Assembly: GCF_009914755.1 (NCBI RefSeq)
Contig: NC_060943.1
Direction: 5' to 3' (one strand)
From: the human T2T-CHM13v2.0 reference genome, Homo sapiens
Length of the DNA stretch: 64,000 bases
Part shown: positions 17,218-35,301 of the stretch, piece after piece
How positions within the stretch are numbered: the first letter of the stretch is position 1
Layout of the letters: every line of letters starts with the position of its first letter
Notes under the pieces: generated by a model
Told to the model about the DNA's origin: nothing
Database searches by the model: none
What the model saw: only the letters and a program-made list of their open reading frames with translations
Translations under genes and position numbers: made by a program

Positions 17218-17900
17218 TGATATGGTTTGGCTGTGTCCCCACCCAAATCTCATCTCGAATCGTAATCCCCACATGTCGAGGGAGGGATCCGGTGGGAGGT
17301 GACTGGATCATGGGGACGATTTCCCCCATGCTGTTCTTGTAATAGTGAGTGAGTTCTCATGAGAGAGCTGATAGTTTCTAAGTGGCAGCTTCCCCTGCAC
17401 TCTCTCTCTCCTGCCACCATGTGAAGAAGGTCCTTGCTTCCCCTTCACCTTCCACCATGATTGTAAGTTTCCTGAGGCCTCCCCAGCCATGCAGAACTGT
17501 GAATCAATTAAACTTTTTTCTTTCACAAATTACCTGGTCTCGGGTAGTATCTTTTTTTTTCTTTTTTTTTTTTTTTGAGATGGAGGCTCACTCTGTCACC
17601 CAGGCTGGAGTGCAGCAGTGCAATCTCTTCTCACTACAACCTCCGATTCCCAGGTTCAAGAGATTCTCGTGCCTCAGCCTCCTGAGTAGCTGGGATTGCA
17701 AGCATTAGCCACCACACCTGGCTAATTTTTGTATTTTTAGTAGAGGCAGGGATTCACCATGTTGGCCAGGCTGTTCTTGAACTCCTGACCTCAAGTGATC
17801 TGCCTGCCTTGGCCTCCCAAAGTGCTGGGATTACAGACGTGAGCCACCGCACCTGGCCATTGGTAGTATCTTTATAGCAGTGTGAAAACGGACTAATACA
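17218..17900 (+). mobile_element. THE1/MSTA LTR interrupted by AluS (17551-17858, -)
   Basis: 'tgatatggtttggctgtgtcccc...gactaataca'; the Alu has TSD GGTAGTATCTTT. Confidence 0.92.
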
Positions 17901-19012
17901 AGCTCTCTCCCTGCATCAGCCAAGTTTCGCAGGCGTGGCCTGCAGTCACCCACAGCACAGGGATGTGCTAAGAGCTCACCACAGCCCACAACAGTGGGGA
18001 AACCACCGCTCATGTTCACCTCCGGTCAATTGCTCCAGAGGACATGGCCACAGCTGCTCCCTTGCAGGCTGGTGGGCTTGACCTCACTGAGAACTGGGAA
18101 TGACCTCTGCGTCCTTCACATTCCAGCAGCTTCCAGTGGAGCTTGGAAGGTATTTTCTTTTAGCATTGGAGACCAGTTCTTTAATGGATGGAAAAAAAAA
18201 AAAAGTCTTGTGAAGGGAAGACTTAGATTCAGATTCAATGCACTTTTATTGAACCCTCCATGCCAGACACCATGCTGGGAATTTTCTCTGGAGTAGGCAT
18301 TGATGTTGCTACTGTTTTATAGGCAGAGACATTAGGTGTCGGGAGTGTTTAAAATTGTGCCCAGAGCAGTTAGGAAATGAAGAGAAGAGAAGCAGAATAT
18401 GAACTCTGGGGTTTAGAACCCAGTCTGCACCCGCACCTCCCTCTTTGTTTTAAGACTCGTGTTCCCTGGCTCTAGACTTACAAACCGTAGGTTGTCACTT
18501 CACAAAATTCACTGCTCTTCTCAGCCAAGACCAGTCACAGCAGCACACTCTAATGCCAGTGAGCAAATCAGCAGTTCTTTGCAATGAATGGTCTTCCTGC
18601 CTCTCTCTGGGGAGAAATAGGAATGACAGGTTTAGAAATGTGGGGACCCTTTTAAGGACAGCCTTATGCCTGCAGCATGACTCTCCCTGAAAGACTGAAA
18701 CTGGCAAAACATTATTTCAAGGCAAATATATGTGAAAAAGATCTGAGAAGCGTCACCAAAAGGAGGACCAGTCAAAAGAAGAAGCCAAAGGGAAGCTATG
18801 GCTACGTGGGAGGCCACATTTGCTCCCACTCTGCCACCACCTGGGGCTCTGCCCTCCTGCTGCAAGCCATGCGGCTCCCAGGTTTAAATTTTCTATGAGT
18901 TTTTCTCTGCATCCAAGCAAGATCGCCACACACCTTCTCTTCCCTCGAACTCTCCATTCAGAATCATACAGTATCTCATTTTCAGCACAAACTTAACATT
19001 TAAGAGTTTCCA

Positions 19013-19650
<638 letters not shown>

Positions 19651-19880
19651 TCAAGGGCAAGAATGTCACCTGTGTTTCTCTGTAGCCTTCACACACTTGC
19701 TCTACCAGCTCTGCCTGCAGAAGCCTTCCTGGCCGACTTCCACTGTCCAGTCTTCCATGAAGCTGTCCCCTGGTCACCCTTATTGCCAACTCCCTGCCAG
19801 AGCAACTTCTCCTTCTTCTGGATCCTGTAGATTTTCAATGGCTCTTTCTTGAGACATTTACCACATTGGCTTTATACTGT

Positions 19881-20242
19881 TGTATTAGTCTGTTCTCACA
19901 CGGCTGATAAAGACATACCTGAGACTGGGTAAATCATGAAGAAAAAGAGGTTTAATGTACTCACGGTTCCACGTGGCTGGAGAGGCCTCATAATCATGGC
20001 AGAAAGCAAAAGGCATGTCTTACATGGCAGCAGACAAGAGAGAATGAGGACCAAGCGAAAAGGGTTTCCCCTTATAAAACCATCAGATCTCGTGAGACTT
20101 ATTCACTACCAGGAGAACAGTATGGGAGAAACTGCACCCATGAATCAATTATTGCCCACAGGGTCCCTCCCACAACACATGAGAATTATGGGAATTACAA
20201 TTCAAGGTGAGATTTGGGTGAGGACACAGCCAAACCATATCA
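19881..20242 (-). mobile_element. THE1 solo LTR
   Basis: 'tgtattagtc...ccaaaccatatca'. Confidence 0.92.
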
Positions 20243-20488
20243 ACCATCATCCGTGTAACAGATCAAAGATGTACTTTCAGACAGCCAGATTGAGCTCAGA
20301 TTCTACCTCTGTCAATTTCTAGCCATGGGATCTTAGTCACAGCCTTGGGTTTCTGTTTTCTTATCTGGGAAAACTAGAAATAACCCTCCTACCTGGAAAA
20401 GCTATGAAAAGGATTAAATGAGAAAAAGCTATGAACAAGCTTCATGTGATGTCTGGCAGAGAGAGGTGGGTGCTAAGGAATAATTTAA

Positions 20489-21219
<731 letters not shown>

Positions 21220-21460
21220 CATGGTGTAACGAAAAGGTGATATATTGAAACTTCAATTATGTCCGATACCAAACCCGCGTCAGTCATAAACCAGCTGTTG
21301 GCCTAGTACAGGACACTAAGCCCATCTGAGCCTCAGCTTTCTCATCCAGAAATAGGGCTAACCATACCCAATCCACAGATGTGCTTTCCTGAAGTAGCAG
21401 GTGCCAGAGCCTTTAGCACAGGGGACATCCAATAAATGTCAGTCAGAAGCAAGGACTCTC

Positions 21461-21774
<314 letters not shown>

Positions 21775-21964
21775 TCAGCCTGCAGAATATCTGTCCTTGC
21801 AGGTAGAAATTCCCCAGGGCCTGAAAGTCACCTCAGGCCACGCCAACTCTGCCCAAGGACAGTTCATATTCTTAGGACAGTGCTTTTCTGGTGCTGTTAG
21901 GGACCACGTCAGTTGCAATCAACCTCTTGAATGCAGCATTCCCTGGTGGAAAGCCTGGCACGGG

Positions 21965-22730
<766 letters not shown>

Positions 22731-23379
22731 GGAAAACTCTGCCCATAGTCATTTGTTTAGAAGCAAACTCTCCAAGGCTCTGGCTGGGCAGGGAGCTGCC
22801 CTGCTCAGGGTGACCGAAGTGTGTGACTGGCATGCTGTCACCACCCACCCACCCTCCTTCTCTCTGATTTTCCCACACACATAATAAAAAATAGTCTTAG
22901 TCCATGATCAATAACACACATCTCTATTTAAATAAATTATCTCGGGATAAGAAAGTATTAATTGCATTGATTGTGCTCCAAAATCAGCATTCAAAATGGG
23001 GAGTGGAGACCATGGAAATAAATAACTGCAAATTTCTTACTAAATAGGAAATGATCCCCCGAATCTAACCTCTGTTTACTCCATGTCTTAATAAGAGGTA
23101 ACATTTTGATCTTTACCGTCTTGCTGAATACAATTAGCACCTGATTCCCACTTTGGAGTTAAGACTAATTTCCCATTTCTACCTCTGACACCTCCCTCAG
23201 CCTAGTTGACTTGTCTGACACATTCACCAGATACTAGAAGGACTGCCAAAGAGGAATTTGCTACCCTTATCTTTTGGGGACAGTAATAGGTTTTTCATGA
23301 GGCTTGACATGGGTTTAGAATCTTTGGCAAAAAAAAGAGAGGTGAAAAGTCCTCAAAACAGAATTATCGCTAGTTTTAA

Positions 23380-23685
<306 letters not shown>

Positions 23686-23939
23686 AAAAAGGAATATCTT
23701 AAGATCCCCCAGATATTGGTACATTTGAAGGTTTAAAAAAGTGTGTCTGTGATGTTTGTGTGGAACAGCAGAAACTGCACAGAAGATAAAGATCCTTTCA
23801 TCCTGCCCCACATAAAGAATGCCATGACCAAGACAAAAGATTCAGAGCTAAGCATTAGCCTCAGCAATGAGAATTGAGAATCCAGGGGGATTCCACTTGC
23901 AAAGGGGCCAACGAAGGACTCTGAAATCAACCAAAAGGC

Positions 23940-24150
23940 CTGGGCAGAGGTTAAGAGAACGGGGCTTGCGAGTCACGCAGCCCTGGGTGTGAACTCCAGC
24001 GTCTGCCTTCCCCAGTTAGTGCTCCCTAATTACTTTCAACTTCAGTTTTCTCATCTGCAAAATGGGATTGATGATAGTGCTAGTGGAGGAATTAAATGAG
24101 GTGATACATCTGGAGTGCTCAGTGTGGTGCCTGGCCCAGAGTAAACGTTC
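23940..24150 (+). mobile_element. MIR
   Basis: 'cttcagttttctcatctgcaaaatggg...aattaaatgaggtgatac'. Confidence 0.75.
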
Positions 24151-24327
24151 AAAAGTCTTTGGCCACCATCAATTGCATCATGAAATACGTTAATATGTTC
24201 TGTTTGTCTGTAACGGTCGAAGTCAACTGCAGTTGGCAAATCCCAGGACACTGGCCTGGGTCTTGTTCTCTGGCTGTGGGGCCCAAGACTCAGGCCAGCG
24301 GGGCCTTGTCTCTATGTGAATGTTTTA

Positions 24328-24781
<454 letters not shown>

Positions 24782-24849
24782 TGAACTTTTAAATCTTCTC
24801 TGTCTTTCCTGCTTCTCTGACTTTCTCATATCTCTCCATTCTGTTATGT

Positions 24850-25660
<811 letters not shown>

Positions 25661-26062
25661 ACGTCCAAGTCTTAGATGTGTTTTTTATGTTGTTATTGTT
25701 TTCAGTTCTCTGCTGTGTTTTGTGAGAGGTGGCTTGGACGGAATGGCAGTGGTAAGGATGGAGAGGGGATGAAACAGGAAAAGGGGAAAAAAGCATGCAG
25801 TCACATCTAACACAAATTTTCATTCTAATAGCTTTTCCACCACTTCTTAGCTTAGAAAGTCTTCCCTTCTCTAGAGATCTGATGCATAGCCAGTTAAAAT
25901 TTTCATGTGCTTCTTTCTTATAGAGTGAACTTTTTTTTTTTTTTTGCCTGATGTTATCATCCCTAAGCTGCAAAGATCTTAGGAACTTTTGCTTCTGTTG
26001 AACCAAATGGCTTTGGAGAGGACAGGAGAGCAAGAATGAGTGCAGGTCATCTCCCCCCCTCC

Positions 26063-26365
<303 letters not shown>

Positions 26366-26838
26366 CATTTCCCCTTTTTGATGCCAATTCACTTTCATGT
26401 GCTCAAATAAACCTTAATACACTATCAACTGGCTTTTTCTTTACATTTATACAGAATCAAAAAACTACAATTAGTGAATGTTTATTAATCAATAGAATTA
26501 TCTTCCTTTAGCCAGAGTCAAGATTAACACTCTATAACTATCAATGACTTTTAGAAAGATAATCAACAATATTCAAATTTATCAGTTCATTTTGAACATC
26601 ACCAGTATCTGATCACTAGAAAGACTGATCATATTTTAACTACTTTATAAGTCTCACAGAAAAATCCTAATTTAGTGTAGTAGACCCTCTCAAATATGTA
26701 AGAAAAAATTCCCTTCCAACTCTCATAAGTTACAAACTCACTCACTGTAAGAGAGACAGCTTTAGGAGAAAATTGAACATGGTGTTTACATTAAGAATGG
26801 AAATAATGGCACTCATTTCTGTTTAAGAAATGTAACTA

Positions 26839-27196
26839 GGCCAGGTGTGGTGGCTCATGCCTGTAATCCCAACATTTTGGAAGGCTGAGGCAGGCGAATC
26901 ACTTGAGGTCAGGAGTTCAAGACCACCCTGGCCAACATGGCAAAATCCCGTCTCTACTAAAAATACAAAAATTAGCCAGGCATGGTGGTGTGTACCTGTA
27001 ATCCACCTACTTGGGAGGCTGAGGCATAAGAATCGCTTGAACCCTGGAGGCAGAGGCTGCAGTGAGCCAAGACTACACTACTGCACTCCAGCCTGGGCAA
27101 AGAAGGAAGGAAGGAAGGAAAGAAGGAAGGAAGGAAGAAAAGAAGGAAGGAAGGAAGACAGGAAGGAGAGGGGGAGAGAGAGAGAGAGAGAGAGAT
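26839..27196 (+). mobile_element. AluS whose 3' end runs into a (GGAA)n/(GA)n purine tract (27100-27196)
   Basis: Sense Alu followed by aaggaaggaagg...gagagaga. Confidence 0.9.
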
Positions 27197-27207
27197 CACT
27201 GGAGGGG

Positions 27208-27588
27208 TAATGTGGTTTGGCTCTGTGTCCCTGCCTAAATCTCATATCGAATTGTAATCTCCAGTGTTGGAGGAGGGTCCTGGTGGGAGGTGATTGGATC
27301 ATGAGGGTAGACTTTCCCCTTGCTGATCTCATGATAGTGAGTGAGTTCTCAGGAGATCTGCTTGTTTAAATGTGTGTAGCGCTTTCCCACTCCACTTTCT
27401 CTCTCCTGCTCAGCTGTGAAGACGTGCCTGCTTCCCCTTTGCCTTCTGCCATGATTGTAAGTTTCCTGAGGCCTCCCAAGCCATGCTTCCTGTGCAGCCT
27501 GTGGAAATGAGTCAATGAAACCTCTTTTATTCATCAATTACCCAGTCTCAGGTAGTTCCTTATAGCAATGCGAGAACAGACTAACACA
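27208..27588 (+). mobile_element. MSTA-type solo LTR
   Basis: 'taatgtggtttggctctgtgtccc...acagactaacaca'. Confidence 0.88.
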
Positions 27589-28214
27589 AGAGGGGGAACA
27601 CATTTTTAAACAACAGCATGCTAAGCAACATCTCATTATTCAATTGCGATGACATCCTTGTAAATCAGAAAGCTCTTTAATAAGCTGAAAGATAAGGTAT
27701 TTCCCATGCAAATAGGAAGTTAAAAATAGATCTTCAAACAAGGCTTCTTTAGTCACCGGGACACCAATTAATGACACACTGCTTAATTTACACAAAAGCC
27801 AAGTTTAGGGAGGATGGCTATATCTTCCTTAGCATTAGGTTTTTTGATACTTTGGAAAAATGGGAATTTTTACATCTCTTTGTATGACTGGCTATGGGGA
27901 TGGCAAATGGTGCCCTAGATGTGAGCTTGCTCTGCCCTCTCCCTGAGAGGAAGGGAGTAACTGAGTCAGACTCAAGCCCACAGGGAGGCCTAAGCAGGGG
28001 TTCTCGGTCAGGCATGGGTTTATCCAGACGGGACTCATCCAACCAAGCTCAGGGGTCAAGGCTAAATCCCAAAGTCTTCTCAAGGTAAATACAATCTTTT
28101 TGACAAGTTTTTGTCTTTCAGTGGGCACCACCAAAGTAAAGACAGAAGTTTAAAACGTCTTGTACAACGTGGAGTTTTTTCCTCTATCCTAGATTTTTCT
28201 GTCTTAAATATTGA

Positions 28215-28495
28215 TTTATTTATTTTTTTGAGACCTGGTCTCACTGTCACCCAAGCTTCAGTGCAGTGGTGCAATCACAGCTCACTGCAGCCTCAACTTC
28301 CCGGGCTCCAGCAATCCTTCTAAGTAGCTGGGACCACAGGCCTATACCACCATACCTGGCTAATTTGTGTATTTTTAGTAGAGACGGGGTTTCACTGTGT
28401 TGGTCAGGCTGGTCTCGAACTCTTGGCCTCAAGTGACCTGCTTGCCTTAGCCTCCCAAAGTGCTGGGATTACAGGTTTGAGCCGCTGCATCCAGC
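28215..28495 (-). mobile_element. Alu
   Basis: Antisense dimer with a small internal deletion; flanked by CTTAAATATT. Confidence 0.88.
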
Positions 28496-29234
28496 AGCCT
28501 CTCTTAAATATTAATATTCTGTTTTCAAGGAACATGAACTTTGGCAGCACAGGTTCAGGACCCCTCATCAGATGCCCTTGCAGCTTTGCCTTGTCTGTTC
28601 CAGACCTGCCACGCAAGCTGTCCTCCCTCAGTATCTGCCAAATGCAAGTCGCCCCTCAGCTAGCGCTCTCAGCTTGGTCCTTGATGGCACACCAGCCCAG
28701 GACAACTGATAACAGCCAGACCTGCATCCCTTTGGTGGGCCAGCATCACTCAGACCCCACTTGGGAGAGTTCAGGTGACCCCCTCTTGCCCACCTATTCT
28801 TGGCCTTCTCCACAACCCAGTGAAACCAGCCTGTAATCTCACACCTGTGAAGGGCTTGGCATCCTTTTCAAGCCTAGTGTCGTGTGCTCTGTGACCTCCA
28901 GATTATGGATAAAGATGTCCAACAAGGGTGACTCTACTGTAGTTCCAAAGAATCTAACATGAGTAAGGTTCCAGGTCATTCATCTCTATCCTGAAGCTTC
29001 TTTCAGCCATCTTTGCACACATGCCAAGACATCATCCCCCACCCACAATGGAGCTAGTTTTTAAAAAGCATCCTCCATATGAAGTGTTGTCAGTGTCCCC
29101 ACTGTTAGCCCTGCAGATGCTTATGACACTTAGGGACATCACTGGGTCTGATTTCTTCTTTTCCTCCACTGCTCAATCCCTCTTCTTTTTTTTTTTTTTC
29201 AATGCTTTTTATGCATTGGGAACTATTATATAGT

Positions 29235-31060
<1,826 letters not shown>

Positions 31061-31109
31061 TTCAAGACAAGTCAATTTTGGAAAAACAAGAATAAAACAA
31101 GCACTTCTA

Positions 31110-32825
31110 CTTTGAGTAATGCAGAACCAGTTTCCACAATTAGATAATCTGAAAAAAAGTAAAATCTGCTTGGAAACACCAGAGAGGTCCACCATGATAG
31201 TGAAGAATTACCAGGCTAGGATCTGGGAAAGAATGGAGACCCCAGGTGTAGAGAATAGCATTTGGGGCCACTTTCCCCAAGAAGGTATCTGCCAATTCTG
31301 AGGTGGGAAGTCTGAGAAGCCAAAAGGTTAAGCTACAATGTTGACATCCTTGAGGGTGAAAGGGATTGGTATTCAGGCCTTCCAAATAGGGAGATGACTA
31401 GTGAGTCCCCAACAATTTGCATAGAGCCACAAGTCTGTATCCTGGGAGTAAGGAACCACAGGGAGGCTCTTGCAGGAACTGCAACTCAGTTACAAATCAT
31501 CTCAAGCTCCAACATTGGATTAAAGTAGTCCCAGATGGCTAATGTCCTCAGCTGCTTGGCAGAAGCAAAAAATAAATCTATTCTCCAGGAGGCTAACATG
31601 ATCCCAGGCCTCAAAACTTTCTATGAACAATATTGTACATACAATGTCCAAGGCACAATAAAAACCAACCAGTCCACCAGAAAATATGAATTAAAATCAA
31701 CAGAAATAACAGTCAATAGACACATACACACAGGGGCACCAGACATTGAAGCTATAAGACACATACTTTAAAACAACTATACTTGCTGTGCTCAAGGAGA
31801 TGAAAGATAAGATTGGGGAATTTCAGCACTGATCTGGAAACTAAAAACATAAAGAAATAAAACCCAACTAGGTGGAAATTCAAGAAGTGAAAAAAATCAA
31901 TCACCCAAATTAAGATCTCAGGGCATTTTTTTTTCCAGCAGGCTATACACAGATGAAAAGATAATTATTAATACACTGGAAGATAAAGCAGAAGAAAATA
32001 TTCAAAAGTAAGATGAAGTGATAACAGGCTGGAAAATTTTGAAAAGAGGATTAGAGATATGGAAAATATAGAAAGAAGGTCTAACATACCAGTGATTGAA
32101 GTCCCAGAAGAAAAGAGAGAAAATGATGACAGTGACTGAGAATTTATCAAATTGTTGAAAAACATCCACCCATCAACTCTGTGTCACTTCAACCCGGGAG
32201 GTGGAGGTTGCCGTGAACCAAGATTGCACCACTGCACTCCAGCCTGGGTAACAGAGCAAGATTCCATCTCAAAAAAAAAAAGGATACATTTAAAGCAAAT
32301 TTTAACAGACATCAAACAACAGAAATCAAAGATGTTTTCTGATTACAGTGTAATCAGGCTATTAATAAGAAGAACTAATAAATTCCTATATGTTTGAAAA
32401 TTAAAAACCCATGAGTTGTAGAAGAAATTACATTGTAAATTATAAAATCTTTTAATTAATGAAAATATTACACACCAATGTAGTGGGATGCACAGGAAAC
32501 CATGTTTAGAAGGAAATTTTTGTTTAAATGCATGTATTAAAGAAATAATATCTAAAAGTCAATGAACTAAGCATTCACTTCAAGAAGACAGAAAAAATTA
32601 AACTAAAAAAAGTCAAAGGAAATAAACAATAAGAAAAAGGGTAGAAAATACAGAACCAACATGCAATAAAGAAAATCAACAAAGGTAAAAGTTGTTATTT
32701 GAAAATATTAACAAAATGGAAAATCCCTAACAAGACAATAAAGAGGGAAAGTGAATGAAAACGGCATGTCACTATAGATCTTACATTTTAAAGAGGTTAT
32801 TAATACAATATGAACAATTAAATTT
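31110..32825 (+). mobile_element. Old L1M (5'UTR/ORF1 and ORF2 pieces) with an Alu right-arm fragment at 32187-32282
   Basis: ORF1-like 'agaaggtctaacataccagtgattgaagtcccagaag'; ORF2-like 'gtcaatgaactaagcattcacttcaagaag'. Confidence 0.7.
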
Positions 32826-32829
32826 CTTT

Positions 32830-35254
32830 AATTATGGAAATTCTTCTAGTTATCCTTTTAAAAAATTGAATTCTAGCTTAATCACACTGTGTCTCTAAAT
32901 GAAGTGAATCCTTTGAAATTTATGGTCAAGTTTCAACATATTCCAAGTATGCTTGAAAAGAATGGTTATTCTGTAGATGCTAGGTGCAAGGTTTTATATA
33001 GGCCAATTAGGTCAAGTGTATCAATCCTATTTCATGTTGTTGTTGATATTTTTGTTTACTGTTCTATTAGATACTAAGAAAGATACCATAAAATCTCCCC
33101 CTATGAATTAGGATTTATATATTTGTACTTGTAGTTTTGTCAATTTTTGCTTTATAGATTTTAAGTCTATATTATTAGGTACATATATATTAGAATTGTC
33201 GTGTCTTGATGAATTAAAACTTTTGTCACTGGGAAGTGGTGCTCTTTGGCTCTGTTTCCTTAAAGTCTACTTTATCTGATGTTAATATACGGCTGTGCTT
33301 GCTTTCTTTTAGTGTTGTATGGCATTTTTTAAAATCCAGTGTTTGTATGGCATTTTTAATCCATCTTTTGGATTAATGTAAAAAATATAAAAACATTTTT
33401 TCATAATTTTTTGTTAATACATAAAGCTTGTACATATTTCTCAGGCACATGTGATATTTTGATACATGCATACAGTGTGTAGTGATCAAATCAGGGTGAT
33501 TGAGCTATTCATCACTTCAAACATTTATCATTTCTTTATATTGGGAACATTCCAAATCTTTCTTATAGCTATTTTGAAACACACAATAAGCTCTTGAGTA
33601 TAGTCACAGTAGGGTGACTATACTTAATAACCAATAGCTAATGAGCACTAAAACTTACTCCTTCTAACTGGATTTTTGTACTCATTAACCAACCCCTCTA
33701 CATCTCCTCCTTGCTACCCCTCCAGCCTCTGGTAATCACCATTCTACTCTCTACCTCCATGAGCTCAACTTTTTTAGCTCCCACATATATGAGTAAGAAC
33801 ATGCAATATTCATCATTCTGTGCCTGGTTTATTTCACTTAACATAATGTCCTCTGGAGTCATCCATGTTGCTGCAAATGACAAGATTTTATTCTCTTTTG
33901 TGACTGAATAATATTCCATTGTGTATATATACCACATTTTCTTTATCAATGCATTCATTGATGGGCACTTAGGTTGATTCCATATCTTGACTATTATGAA
34001 TAGTGCTGCAATAAACATGTGAGTGTCAATATCTCTTTGATATATCGATTTCCTTTCTTTTGGATATATACTCAGCAGTGGTATTGCTGGATCATATTGC
34101 CGGTAGTTCTGTTTTTAGTTTTTTGAGGAACCTCCATACTGTTTTCCATAGTGGCTGTAGTAATTTACACTCCCACCAGCAGTGTATGAGGGTTCACCTT
34201 TTTCCACATCCTCACAAGCATCTGTTTTTTGTTTTATTTTGTTTTGTTTTTGTTGTTGTTGTTGTCTTTTTGATAAGAGCCATTTTAGCTTGGATAAGAT
34301 AATATCTTATTGTGGTTTTAATTTACATTTCCCTGTCATTCTATTTTTATGTTCCTTTATATTTTAAACATGTATTTAAACATGTATTTGTATTTACCAT
34401 ATAGATAGATTTTAAAATCCATTCTCACAGCATTTGGATTTTAGTTGGAACACACTTCATTAACATTTAGTGTATTTATTGATACATTTGGGCTTAAATC
34501 TAAAATGGAATATTTGGCTCACGTGTTCTATATTCTTTCCTTTCTTGCCTTCATTTGAATTGACACACACACATACACACACACACTTTTTTCTTTCTTT
34601 TATTAGCTTAAAAATTGTACAGTCTTAAAACTCTTTTAACGATTACCCTAGAGATCAAGATAATCATCCTTAATTTATCAAGGTCTATATTAATTTATAT
34701 TAAATTAGCACTTTTACTTCTTTCCATATAATTCAAGAACCTTGGAAAACTTTAACTGTCTTTATCCTTCTCTAGACTTATATGTTATTCTTGACATGTA
34801 TGTTATTTCTCTTTATATTTTAAACCTTAGGAGACATTATTATACTTGCTTAATACAGGTAAAGTTTATTTATATTTACTCTTATATTAATCGCTTTTTG
34901 TTGTTCTTCACTACTTCCTGAATGACCAAGCTTCCATCTAGGGCAATTTTTTCCTTTAGCATGTCCTTTAGTGAAAATCTGCCAGTATTTAATTCTCTCC
35001 ATTTTTTGTTTATGTAAAAACATCTTCAATTAATCTTTATTCTTGAAGGATATTCTAACTGTGTACAAAATTCCAGGTTGACAGTTTTTTTTTCTCCCCA
35101 GTATTTCGAGGATATCATTCTAGCCCAGTTCAATTTTTTTTCATTCCATGGTTGACAAGTCAACCATTAGTCTAAGTGTCACTTCTTTGAAGGTAATCTT
35201 TATTTTTTCTACAGCTGCTTTTAAGATTTTCTCTGTCTTTAGTTTTTAACAGAT

Positions 35255-35301
<47 letters not shown>

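Noticed and set aside
25690-25757. Possible 46-nt plus-strand exon (ttgttttcag|...GTG|gtaagg)
   Set aside because: It sits between repeat fragments with no supporting partner exons; such matches are common by chance.
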